Shown piece after piece: positions 51,811-64,000 of a stretch of DNA of 64,000 nucleotides. Position 1 is the stretch's first letter. Each line of letters opens with the position of its first letter. A model generated the notes under the pieces. It saw only the letters and a list, made by a program, of their open reading frames with translations, did not search any database and had not been told where the DNA came from. Location: NCBI RefSeq assembly GCF_006345805.1, contig NC_042999.1:16492001-16556000 (forward strand). The letters run 5' to 3'. The position numbers and the translations under genes were made by a program. This DNA comes from Octopus sinensis. Lineage: Eukaryota.

Positions 51811-53234
51811 TTATGTGTAATAATGCCCTTTATACAATATAGATATAATTAATTTGTTCAAAAGAAAAAAATTATTTTCGGATTCTTTTCTTTATGAGGT
51901 TTTCACGCTAGCTACCCGATAATTTCTTGTTAAGATCCCTTATTAAGAGATTATCCTTAATTGTTTTAAACTTTTCGAAATACTTTCATTGCCCGACATG
52001 CAGTTCGTAAAAAAGCCCGCCATTTACCGGATATATGATTTTATAACATTCCATGTGCTTGGCCGGAGTGAACAGTTGTCTGTTCGTCTTCGCTACATAG
52101 GGTTGGTTTATTTTATGATGTATTCAGAATCAGTTCTGCTGACGATCATTAGACGCAAGTGTATGTGAAATCACGGTGATACAGAACATATTCATTTTAA
52201 ATGTTTTGCTTTGAAAACTGCATTTGGGTAGATAGTAATAATTTTTGGTAGTAATGACTTTGTCCCTCCTAGTGTGAGGCATTTATGTGTAATATGCCCT
52301 TTCCCAATATAGATTCTAATTAATTGTTCAAAAGAAAAAAATTATTTTCGGATTCTTTTCTTTATGAGGTTTTCACGCTAGCTACCCGATAATTTCTTGT
52401 TAGATCCCTTATTAAGAGATTATCCTTAATTGTTAAACTTATCCGAAATACTTTCATTGCCGACATGCAGTTCGTAAAAAAGCCCGCCATTTACCGGATA
52501 TATGATTTATAAACATTCCATGGCTTGGCCGGATGAACAGTTGTCTGTTCGTCTTCGCTACATAGGGTTGGTTTATTTATGATGTATTCAGAATCAGTTC
52601 TGCTGACGATCATTAGACGCAAGTTGTATGTGAAATCACGGTGATACAGAACATAATTCATTTTTAATGTCTTGCTTGAAAAAACTGCATTTGGGTATGA
52701 TTAGTATAATTTTGGTAGTAATGACTTTTGTCCCTCCGAGTGTGAGGCATTTATTTAATAATGCCCTTTATACACTATATATGTATATCTATATATCTAT
52801 ATCTATATATCTATGTCTATGCATCTGTGTATATATGTGTGTATGTGATGTCTGTAAGTTATAAACGTATATGATATTGAATATAAAAATAATAAAGACA
52901 CATACATACTTTCATGTATATGCGCACAATTATGTCTGTTTATCTATCTATCTATCTATAATCTATTTGTATATATATATATATATATGCACACACACAC
53001 TCACACACAAGCATACTTATACATATATACATACATACATACATACACACATACAGGTATATATACATAGATAAATCAATATAAGCATGTGTATGTTCGT
53101 GTGTGTGCATCTATGTGTGCGCCTGCAAACATACATACATACATACATACATATGAGTGTGTATATATACATAATAAATTAATATACACATATATCAATA
53201 TATTATATAATATATATAGATATATATATATATA

Positions 53235-53337
53235 GAAACACTGCCAGATTTGACTGGGCCTGATGAAGCCTTCTGGCTTCACAGACCCCAGTAGAACCGT
53301 CCAACCCATGCTAGCATGGAAACGGACGCTAAACGAC

Positions 53338-53370
<33 letters not shown>

Positions 53371-53372
53371 AT
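53235..53372 (+). mobile_element. RTE-type retroposon 3' end with (GAT)n tail
   Basis: CCGTCCAACCCATGCTAGCATGGAAACGGACGCTAAACGAC-GATGATGAT. Confidence 0.5.
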
Positions 53373-53375
53373 ATA

Positions 53376-53429
<54 letters not shown>

Positions 53430-53460
53430 TATATATACATATATATATTTATATATATAT

Positions 53461-53553
53461 ATACTTTATTTAAAAGCAGCGGAAAATTCAACAAAACCTG
53501 TTACTCTGAGTAACAGGTTTTGTTGAATTTTCTGCTGCTTTTAAATAAAGCAT
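53461..53553. repeat. Near-perfect palindrome (43-bp arms, 1-nt centre)
   Basis: 53464-53506 vs 53508-53550, 42/43 match, centred on ACTC-T-GAGT. Confidence 0.9.
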
Positions 53554-53621
53554 ATTACTCTCCCACTGATATTTGAGTACTCTTTTTTCCACCTTGTTTC
53601 ACATTTATGTGTTTACTCCGG

Positions 53622-53701
<80 letters not shown>

Positions 53702-54015
53702 GAGACGGAGAGAGAGAAAGGAGACAGAAACAGTGATAGAGAAAGAGAGAGAGAGACTCTGACAGAAAAAAGATATAAATATGCATATATATACATATAC
53801 GTGTGCGTGCGTTCGTTTGTGTGTTTCAATGTGGGAGTGCGTGTGTTTGTCTGCTTGGGTGTGTGTGTGCTTGTGAGTAAACTTGATGAAATGAGACCAC
53901 ACGATACTCAGAGAGTCATAACTTGTTGGAAGCTGGACCTAGACAAAGCGTTACTGATTGCTGGCCGAGTTTAATCTTGTTGATCAAGCATACATATTCA
54001 CGCACGCGCACACAC

Positions 54016-54048
<33 letters not shown>

Positions 54049-54097
54049 GCCCCCCCCACACAACTATATATAAATAATATATATAGTTATTATATAC

Positions 54098-54480
54098 ACA
54101 GCAGGAGTGGTTGTGTGGTAAATAGCTTGCTAACCAACCACATGGTTCCGGGTTCAGTCCCACTGCGTGACATCTTGGGCAAGTGTCTTCTGCTATAGCC
54201 CCGGGCCGACCAATGCCTTGTGAGTGGATTTGGTAGACGGAAACTGAAAGAAGCCTGTCGTATATATGTATATGTATGTGTGTGTTTGTGTGTCTGTGTT
54301 TGTCCCCCTAGCAAATTCTTGACAACCGATGCTGGTGTGTTTACGTCCCCGTAACATTAGCGGTTCGGAAAAAGAGACCGATAGAATAAGTACTGGGCTT
54401 ACAAAGAATAAGTCCCGGGGTCGATTTGCTCGGTTAAAGGCGGTGCTCCAACATGGCCGCAGTCAAAATGAAACAAGTTA
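54098..54480 (+). mobile_element. SINE family B
   Basis: GCAGGAGTGGTTGTGTGGTAA head to GGCGGTGCTCCAACATGGCCGCAGTC tail. Confidence 0.9.
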
Positions 54481-54554
54481 ATAAAAAAAACATATATCAG
54501 CAAAGAAACACACTCTAAAGAATAGAGCAGTAATCATTACAACAATAATTTTAT

Positions 54555-54714
54555 ATCTTGGACATAGAGTTACCCAAGGTTACACAAGGCTAAAGACCTT
54601 CCTTACGTCTGCGACGTAGATATTTTAGACTTTGTATTTATATAGAATCTGACGAGCTGTCCACAACGCTTTGCTTTGTGGATGCGAAATTTTGGGTAAC
54701 TCTATGTCCAAGAT
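54555..54714. repeat. 23-bp perfect inverted repeat pair (MITE-like)
   Basis: ATCTTGGACATAGAGTTACCCAA at 54555-54577 and its complement at 54692-54714. Confidence 0.7.
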
Positions 54715-54824
54715 AAAAGATCTTTGTTATAATATATAATATGTCTATGTGTATGTGGGCATGTGAGTGTGTGTATATACATAGATACATAGACACATAC
54801 GTACATCTACATACGTATATATAT

Positions 54825-55020
54825 CAGTCGCCATGATTGATCGCTAAATCTGCAAGACTTTTTTATTCTCTCTCTGTATATTTTTTCTTATTCATTTCTG
54901 CTGAAGAGCGTAGGCACGAAACGTAAACGACTTTCACACGTTCCCGAGCGTCAAACTGATACACCTGTTTGTTATTCATGCACATGTCTTCGTATTTTGT
55001 TTTGCTGTAAATTTCAACTA
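54825..55020 (+). mobile_element. Penelope-like short repeat with degenerate minimal hammerhead (54895-54929)
   Basis: TTT-CTGCTGA-A-GAGC-GTAG-GCAC-GAAACGT-A-AAC has two substitutions from a minimal HHR. A second copy at 45488-45650 (-) lacks this core. Confidence 0.5.
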
Positions 55021-55337
55021 TATGTATAGTATGTATGGGTGTGTGTGTGTATATATGTGTGTGTAAGTAGTATGTATGTATGTATGTATCTATGTATGTA
55101 TATGATTATAACGACATAGAGAACAAATTGTAGAGTGGATTGTTGGTATTTGACACCTATTTCTAGCATTGGCGCTGGTCATTTCCAGTAGCGCTTAACT
55201 ATAATTATATCCTTATAATTTTATACATAAAAAATGAATGTTAACAATACGGTAATTTTTAAGTGCCAGGCCACTGACATAATCATTTTATGACTATATC
55301 CTTATCTTAGAAGTATATATATATATATATATATATA

Positions 55338-55393
<56 letters not shown>

Positions 55394-56016
55394 GTGTATA
55401 CATATAGGATACAAATTCAATCGATGTCGACTCAACTAAAAAGTATTCCAGCCAATCAGAGATAAATATCAACTGAAATACACAAACAAAAGAATGACTA
55501 CTACTACTATCAAGCGTTTATGAGAAATCCCAGCCAGATCTTAATGAATCTAAGAAAACCAACTTCAGACCGTCTTAGATTCAGTATTTCCAACACACTG
55601 CTTAATTCCAGATCTGAAATTTTCGCAGGTGTAGACAGAGAAAAGTTGTTTTTTTTTTTAGCACATTGAAGCGACCCACGTGCGGAATGAGTCGTTGCCT
55701 CGCAGAATTTGACCTATTTTCTGTTATTTAGTTCTATACCTGTTGTGTTTAATGAGCTTTCTGTAATCAGGGAGGACGTGATTTCGTTTCTTTCATCGAG
55801 TTTCAGTTTTTTCCGCCAAACTTCTTCACGATTTTTCCACGTTTCTTTTCTTATTTTCTTACTATCCAGCGTCCTATTTTGCTAAACCGTATAACATATT
55901 GTAAGACTGCTTAAAGATACATAGCGCATTTTATAAATATGCCTGCTCAAGTATCATAAAAGCATGAAACTATTAATTAGAAGCACTTTCGGTTGTGTAT
56001 TTACTATAATATATAT

Positions 56017-56415
56017 CTCTTTTACTCTTTTACTTGTTTCAGTCATTTGACTGTGGCCATGCTGGAGCACCGCTTTTACTCGAACATATCGACCCCAGGA
56101 CTTATTCTTTGTAAGCTTAGTACTTGTTCTATCGGTCTCTTTTGCCGAACCGCTAAGTTACGGCGACGTAAACACACCAGCATCGGTTGTCAAGCGATGT
56201 TTGAAGGAGAAACACAGACACATAAACATATACACACATACATATATATAAATATATACGACGAGCTTTTTTCAGTTTCCGTCAACCAAATCAACTCACA
56301 AGGTTTGGCAGGCCCAAAGTAGAAGACACTTGCACAAGGTGCCACACAGTGGGTCTGAACCCAGAACCATGTGGTTGGTAAGCAAGCTACGTACCACAGA
56401 GCCACTCCTGCGCCT
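56017..56415 (-). mobile_element. SINE family B
   Basis: Full reverse-complement copy. Confidence 0.9.
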
Positions 56416-56469
56416 ATATATACATACATACATACATATATATATATTATATAATATATATATATATAT

Positions 56470-56532
<63 letters not shown>

Positions 56533-56671
56533 GTATATATATATACATGATAAATTGAGAGCTATTACACACACACGCAGGTACGTACGTAGGTATGTAT
56601 GCGTGTATGTGAGTATGAATGTGTGTGTGTGAGTATATGTATGTATATATGTATGCATATATATATGCATG

Positions 56672-56705
<34 letters not shown>

Positions 56706-57119
56706 TGTATGTATGTATGTATGTATATATATATATATATGTACATACATACATATATACATACATATATACATGCATGTATATATATATATATATATAT
56801 ATATGGATGGATACCTTGATAGATAAATATATGTAAATATATATGCCTATATATACGTTCATTTGCACAAACTCACACAGGCTTGTGTATATATAAAGAG
56901 TCGCCTTAAGACATGGCCCCGCCGTGCAGTTACTCGGGGGATTCACGCCTCCAGCTGTCCCATTCTGATGTACAAAAACAGTGGCTTGCTCTTTATAAAC
57001 AAATCCTATAGGACCAAGTGCACCGATTTTACTCGAAGGCCTACAATTCAACGAAGACAGCCATGCTTATATGATAAATTGAGAGGTGTTACATACACAC
57101 ACACACTCACACACACTCA

Positions 57120-57160
<41 letters not shown>

Positions 57161-57328
57161 ACAAACACACACATACACACACACAGCAACACACACACAC
57201 ACAGACATACATACACACACGTACGTACGTATATATGTATGTATGTATGCGTGTGTGTATATGTACGTATATATGTGTGTATATATGTATGTAAATATAT
57301 ATATATAAATGCATGTATATGTATATAT

Positions 57329-57408
<80 letters not shown>

Positions 57409-57460
57409 GCACACTGCAACTTTACAGTATATGTATATATATATATATATATATATACAT
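56416..57460. repeat. Compound (TA)/(TATG)/(CA) microsatellites
   Basis: Directly visible, with a unique island at ~56850-57090. Confidence 0.9.
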
Positions 57461-57464
57461 ACAT

Positions 57465-58090
57465 ACATGAGTCTTTGTCTTTGTGGCTGTGTTTGTCCTC
57501 CACCAACGACTGTAAACAAGTATTGGTATATTTACGATCCCATAACTTAGCAGCTTAGCAAAAGAGACTGATAAAATAAGTACCAGGCTTGAATGTTAAA
57601 TAATTACTGGTGACGATTCATTCGACTAAAAATTCTTCTAGTCGGTGCCCCAGCGTGGCCGCAGTCTAATAACTGTATCTAGTAAAACATAAAACATATA
57701 TGGTAGTCGCAAAAGTGGATATGTGGTAAAATGCTTGCTTCACAACTACATGGTTCCGAGTTCAGTCCCACTGCGTGGCACCTTGGGCAAGTGTCTTCTA
57801 CTATAGCCTTGGGCTGACCAAAGCCTTGCCTGTGGGTTTGGTAGGTGGAAACTGAAGGAAGGCTGTCGTATATATATATATGAATGTATATATTTGTGTG
57901 CCTGTGTTTGTCCCCCAACCAACGCTTGACAACCGATATTGGTGTGTTTACGTCCCCGTAAGTTAGCGGTTCGGCAAAAGAGACAGATAGAAAAAATACT
58001 GGGCTCACAAAGAATAAGTCCTGGCGTCGATTTGTCCACTAAATGCGGTGTTCCGGCATGGCCACTGTCACATGACTAAAACAAGAAAAA
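57465..58090 (+). mobile_element. SINE family B: 3' half (57465-57670) and full copy (57715-58090)
   Basis: Body and tail motifs occur twice. Confidence 0.8.
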
Positions 58091-59044
58091 GAATAAAAGA
58101 AAAGAAAACACACACACGAACACACACACACACACATATATAATATATATATATATATAAATATATATATGCACGAACATATATACATAAATATACATGT
58201 AGACACACTCACACACATACATATACATATACATATATATATATATATACACACAGCTCCATAGATCTACGCGTCCTATCTATTATCGAAATATCAACGC
58301 ATTCGTCGTATGGGTAGTCATTTCCTTATGCTGCTCTGAACGGATGAACAAAAGCGCAGACATAAAAAATTCCGATCGATCAACAGAAATATTTCATTTG
58401 CAGGCAGTCAATGAAATCAAATTGAAATATAATAAGAAATTAGCGCAAACACATAACAACAAGAATGTAAACCAATAAATCTAAATGTATACTAATGCAA
58501 CGAAAATACGAATAAATACAAGTTAATAGGAATCCACTAGAAAAAGATAAAAAACATTGAGACATACACTAGGATGGCTTGAATGATAATCAGTGAAAAA
58601 AACTTGGAAAATCTCAGCGGTTCAAATGTTTTTTGGTTGTATTCACTAGAGATTGACGAAGATATATATACTTAATACACATATCCACGTATATACGTAC
58701 GCACGTACATACAAAGATAAATATGTAAAAATATACTTTTATAGATACATCCATAAGTGTGTGTGTATGTGTACACAGAGACATACACATTTATTTTTTT
58801 GCGACGAGACACGTAGCCGTTAATATGAATACAAATATCAAAGATGGTGAGCTGGTAGAGTCGTTAGCACGCCGGGCAAAATACATGTCGGCATTTCACC
58901 AGGTTTTCAGTTCTAAGTTCAAAAATCTGTCGGAGCACGCGGGGTTAGATATAATAAACTTATCCCTCATTCACAAACTCGGTGCACTTGTGTCGAAATT
59001 TGAAACTAATATTTATCTCTTTGTGTGTCTACGGATAAATATTT

Positions 59045-59250
59045 CTTTTATTTTGTTACTTGTTTGTGTCATGTGACTCTAGCCATGCTGGAGCCCTGCC
59101 TTAATCGAGAAAATCGTCCCCAGGATTTATTCTTTGTAAGCCTAATACCTATTCTATCGGTCTTCTCCGCCGAACTGCCAAACCACGGGGACGTAAACAC
59201 ACCAGCATCGGCTGTCAAGTGATGGCTGGGTGGGGAGAAAAACACAGACA
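59045..59250 (-). mobile_element. SINE family B, 3' half
   Basis: GCCATGCTGGAGC..GGGGACGTAAACACACCAGCATCGG. Confidence 0.8.
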
Positions 59251-60244
59251 CACACATATATACACAGTGTTATTACTCCCAGGGGCGCAAGTGTTAATAT
59301 ATTCGTGAATCAGTCACTTACCGAAATAAGAGAATCTATTCTTTAGGAAAATGCCATTTAATTGTTTAACTGTTGTACTGGATGAATTGCGAAAATAAAC
59401 TCTAACAGTTCAAATACTAAGAAGTAAGCATACTCAATTTCATTTTTACCAAGTAATTTAGGAACAAGAATGGATTATTTCTCTTGGCTATATATAGGGA
59501 TCCCTTCCAGGGGACCTATTATCGAGTTTTTCAACAACCTGAGTAGGCCATCAGGTTTCCAGACATGAGTTATATACACGTGTCAAGTTTCATCAAAATT
59601 GACAAACGATGTAGGAGGAGTTAAATAACAACTCCACAAACACATCCACAGACAGAATTTCCCACATATGCAGTAGCTATGCATATATATAGAGAGAGAT
59701 TGCTAAATATTTCAATTAACCTGAAGATTGACTTTAACCATAACTCGAATTATTACGAATTGTACAGCCATGAAACGATCATAGTGTTTTACTCTTTATC
59801 TTTTATTAAACTTTTAATACTTTTGATATATATTTAAAATAATATAAATTAATTAATTTTATGTATTGGCTTGAGTTTTTCATTGTTTGATTTGCCTAAT
59901 AGTGGTTTTATCTCTAATTTAATATAATATAATATAATATATTTTACTATAAAATTGGATTTAATCCTAAATCTGATTTTTCCCAGTAAGTTTGGATTTA
60001 TTCCCTAATATTATTATTATATATATATATATAAATGTTTTTTATTTTCCTCTAGTTTCAGAATTACTACTATTTTTTTGCGGTTTTGAGTTTAGCTGCT
60101 CTTTTCAAGTGAGTCGAACGACCTTCTCAGGGTCATTCCTTAATATTTTGTTGAATGTATCATATAGTCAGTGACTATATCTATTTTCTCACTTGACCGC
60201 TGGTGGCAGAAATTTTTCTTGAAATTTTTGTTACCCTTATATTG

Positions 60245-60250
60245 ATTGAT

Positions 60251-60304
<54 letters not shown>

Positions 60305-61753
60305 ATATATATATATATATATATGTGTGTGCGTGAGCGCGCTTTGTGCGTGTGGGCTTGCTTCGGATGTGCGCGTACGTATGTATGCATACATACCCAC
60401 ACACTCGCATGCATCCCTACCCACATACATACACGCACACCTACTCACACACACACATACACACACATACCTGCACACACACACACATACATACATACAC
60501 ATACATACCTACTTCAGACATACACACACACAGACATACACCCATACACTCACACTCACACGCATACACACACCACACATACACACCACACGATACATAC
60601 ACCCCACACACCCACCTACATACATACATTACACTTGTATACACACACACTTACATTCATACACACACACACCTACACAGCCATACCCTCACTCAGACAC
60701 ACACATCTACCTACACACACACACACAACACACACGGACACCACCCCATACATACATACATCTACACACACACGCCTACACACATAATACACACATACAT
60801 AAACACACACACATACACATATACACACATACGACCACACACACAATACTTATACACATGCACACACACACATACATACATACACCCATATACATACATA
60901 CACACATACCCACATACTCCTATACGCACATACATACACAAAGACATACACACTTACACACTCACACAAACATACACACACACACATACTTACGCACACA
61001 CTCACCTGCACGCGCACACACATGCATGACAAACACCCATACACTCACACTCACATACGCACACACCAACATAAAACACGCACACGCACACACCACCTAC
61101 ACTCCCACACACATATACACGCACCTACATACACACACGCACGCATACACACGCATACACACATACATTACACACGTACACACACACCCACATACACATG
61201 CATACACACACACACAAACATGCACGGACACACCTAGACATACACACATACACCTATATACACACGCCCCACACCCTACATACACACACATATACACACG
61301 CCCACACACCTACATACACACACATACATACACACACATACACGGACACACCCACACATACTTACATACATACACCTATACACACACGCCTACACACCTA
61401 CATACACACACATGCATACACACACACACACATGTACGCACATACACACACATATACGCACATACATATATACCCACACACATGCACACACACACACACA
61501 TACGCATGCATGCATGCATGCATGCACACGCACACCTACACTACACGCATACACACACACACCGCACGTACACATACATACATACACACACGCATACATA
61601 CACCCATACACATACATGCATCCGACACACACATACATACACACTCACACATACATACACACACACACACTCACTCACACACCTGTATGTACGCGCACAC
61701 ACATGCACATACACACACTTCCCCACACCCACACGTACATACATACACACTCA

Positions 61754-61784
<31 letters not shown>

Positions 61785-62480
61785 GGACATGCATCTATGC
61801 ACACACATACATACACACATACTCACATACATTCATCGGACACACTGCCACCCAGACATACACACAGACACACACTCACATCCACACACATACATACTTA
61901 CGCGCATACTCGCAGGCACGCGCACATACGCACTTGCGCCGGCTCGCGCTGCATACGCGCCGCATACACCTCGCCTTGGACCTGACGAGACCTCCCGCCC
62001 GTTCCTGGGACCGTCGCGTGTCGTTGGGTTTTCCCACGCCTGTCTCCGCGGTACCACTCTTCCATCTTCCCCTCAGCTGGAGTCCTTTTTCCTTAACCCC
62101 CCCTTTTTCGTTACACACACGCGCACACATATACACACCTTGCCTATATATATACATCACTCTTACACACATTCAATCTATACTCGCCATTAATACCACC
62201 ACGACACTGGACACACACCACACACTACTACTCAACACACGCTGCACGCTACCTACGCCCCCACCCCTTCCCCTCCCTCCCTTCCTCCTTCCTCTCTTTT
62301 TTCTACTACTGACCTCTCCCTTCCTCCTTCCTTCTTTTTCTTACTACTGACCTCGTCTGCTAGCTGACCATTAGTCTCGCCCTAACCCACACGCCTACAC
62401 ACAGACGCACACACTAACACACACATATTTTTTTTGTTTTTTCATCTCGCCTCACACACACACACATACACACGCACACG
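60245..62480. repeat. Long degenerate (CA/CATA)n tract
   Basis: About 2.2 kb of irregular AC repeats. Source of the 552-aa His/Thr ORF. Confidence 0.9.
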
Positions 62481-62499
62481 CACACACTCACACATACCC

Positions 62500-62790
62500 A
62501 CACATCTGTTGGGTTACCAACCTTGTCTCCACTCTTTTGCCTTTAAAAACCCACTTTGCTCTTGTTATCGTCAACATCCGCCTTTCACCATGTGCAACTC
62601 GTAAACCAAGTCGTCTTTTTTCTCTTTCCCTGTTGCCCGCTCTGGGATCTTTCTTTCCTCTCTCTTCCTTCTTTATGTTTCCGACGAAGAGCTCCGCTCG
62701 AAACGTCATACCTCCCTGCTTCCATCTCCTGAGCGCCTATTAAAATAATACTGTAATTGTTCCTGTTGTTGTTGTTTTTTTGTTTCCCTT
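62500..62790 (+). mobile_element. Penelope-like short repeat with degenerate minimal hammerhead (62677-62711)
   Basis: GTTT-CCGACGA-A-GAGC-TCC-GCTC-GAAACGT-C-ATAC: U4 changed to C, GUC triplet retained. Confidence 0.5.
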
Positions 62791-62798
62791 TTGGATTT

Positions 62799-62850
<52 letters not shown>

Positions 62851-62854
62851 CTTA

Positions 62855-63075
62855 CAGAAATTCGGATAGCTTTATATTTACAGATATTTATTAGTATGTT
62901 ACATATTTTTTATAAATCATAAATCATATAATAGCGCTTTCGCCCACTCTAGTGGAGTTGTCAAATTTGTCAACTCCACTAGAGTGGATGAAAGCGCTAA
63001 TATATGATATATGATTTATAAAAACATGTAACATACTAGTAAATATCTGTAAATATAAAACCAGCCGAAATTCTG
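62855..63075. repeat. ~220-bp near-perfect palindrome without spacer
   Basis: Arms ..TTTACAGATATTTA.TAGTATGTTACAT..CCACTCTAGTGGAGTTG and its complement, centred on AAATTT at 62963-62968. Confidence 0.9.
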
Positions 63076-63293
63076 AGTACCTCATTTCTTCTAATATAAA
63101 ATACCTGTACATCATCTCCAAACCGTCTAACACAAACACACACACACATATACACACACACACATACACACACACATACACACACATATATATACATATA
63201 TATACACATATATATACATATATATATATATACATATATGTTGCATATATATGCATGTATGTATGCATGTATGTATGTATGTATGTATGTATG

Positions 63294-63390
<97 letters not shown>

Positions 63391-63970
63391 ACATATATAC
63401 ATAAATGCATATATATGTAGTTATAAGTAATTTCTCTACTAGAAATAACTCAAAAGTGATGAATCTTTTTGCTAACACAAGAAACAGGACAACCGTTGAC
63501 TTATATACATTTAAATTCAATAGTATGACAAAATAGTAAACATATCGTAATTAACAGGGATTGTCAATTATTCAAAATAGTTTTAATGATTAATTAAAAT
63601 AGTTTTAATGATATGCACCTACCAGTTGCCAACAATAAGCTTAATGTGGTTAATAGGTTTATCCAATAGTTTTACACCGTTAAAAGCAGAGATTATTTAT
63701 GTAATGTGTTCATAGATAGTCGATGGGTTGGATGTGATGCTGAAGAAGGATCAATAACTCCTAAAATGTCCATATACACTCATCACCTATTTTTCTGTCT
63801 ACGATCACATTATTTACTTAATCATTTCTGAATACGAAACGAGGTAATTTTCAATGCTGGCTCTAAATCTCTATAGAAAATCTGTTGAGATACTCGAAAG
63901 TAATAGACATGTATCTATAGGCAACCACCTATCCCGTTTATTTAAAGATAACTGCCTGTATTGGGACGGA

Positions 63971-64000
63971 TGGAGGCGCAATGGCCCAGTGGTTAGGGCA
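63971..64000 (+). mobile_element. SINE family C head (cut by window end)
   Basis: GGAGGCGCAATGGCCCAGTGGTTAGGGCA. Confidence 0.85.

Larger units (their letters stand above)
46455..52774 (+). repeat. Tandem array of ~473-bp hammerhead-containing units (13 full + 1 partial); retrozyme-like
   Basis: Marker GATCATTAGACGCAAG recurs at 46455, 46924, 47391, 47864, 48333, 48804, 49275, 49749, 50230, 50718, 51193, 51668, 52144 and 52608 (mean period ~473). Copies differ mainly by homopolymer indels. Both sides are TA-rich microsatellite. Confidence 0.97.

Noticed and set aside
46455-52774. CRISPR array or rDNA/tRNA/5S tandem gene cluster
   Set aside because: Whole 473-bp units repeat with no unique spacers, and there are no rRNA, tRNA or pol III box features.
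53268-53295. CTGATGA hammerhead core
   Set aside because: Followed by a simple GAAGCC/GGCTTC hairpin with no GAAA or helix III.
59490-59700. Helitron/Helentron-like non-autonomous fragment (AAGTTTCATCAAAAT..GTAGGAGGAGTT)
   Set aside because: Resemblance from memory only; no termini or hairpin could be verified.
60327-62350. 552-aa, 331-aa and 312-aa His/Thr-rich ORFs
   Set aside because: Translations of a degenerate (CA)n tract that lacks stop codons by composition. The region also looks like low-quality consensus.
63730-63790. Hammerhead-like CTGAAGA-AGGA..TCCT-AAAA
   Set aside because: G12 is missing and helix I is not formed. Similar incomplete motifs at 10430-10480, 12430-12460, 59717-59792 and 61981-62025 are too decayed to call.

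Overview
This is repeat-saturated, AT-rich animal genomic DNA. The SINE families and microsatellite load point to a coleoid cephalopod, probably Octopus (recognition, not database-verified). No host protein-coding gene is securely supported, and most tracked ORFs are microsatellite artefacts. The standout is a ~6.3-kb head-to-tail array (46455-52774) of ~13.3 copies of a ~473-bp unit. Each unit carries a minimal type I hammerhead ribozyme on + and extensive self-complementarity. The consensus also holds a 126-codon antisense ORF that spans the predicted cleavage site, so the array looks like a retrozyme or circRNA template with possible coding capacity. Two more intact solo hammerheads (8144-8202, 38420-38510) and several degenerate ones lie in Penelope-like repeats set in (TA)n, and there is a Penelope-like RT relic. 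Three 5'-truncated copies of one Tx1-type LINE sit in a single (TCTA)n tract, suggesting microsatellite targeting. Also present are R4/Dong, RTE and CR1/L2 3' ends, MITEs (two with internal TAACCC repeats), fold-back palindromes and about 37 SINE copies from three families. All alignments and folds were done by eye, and SINE boundaries are approximate.
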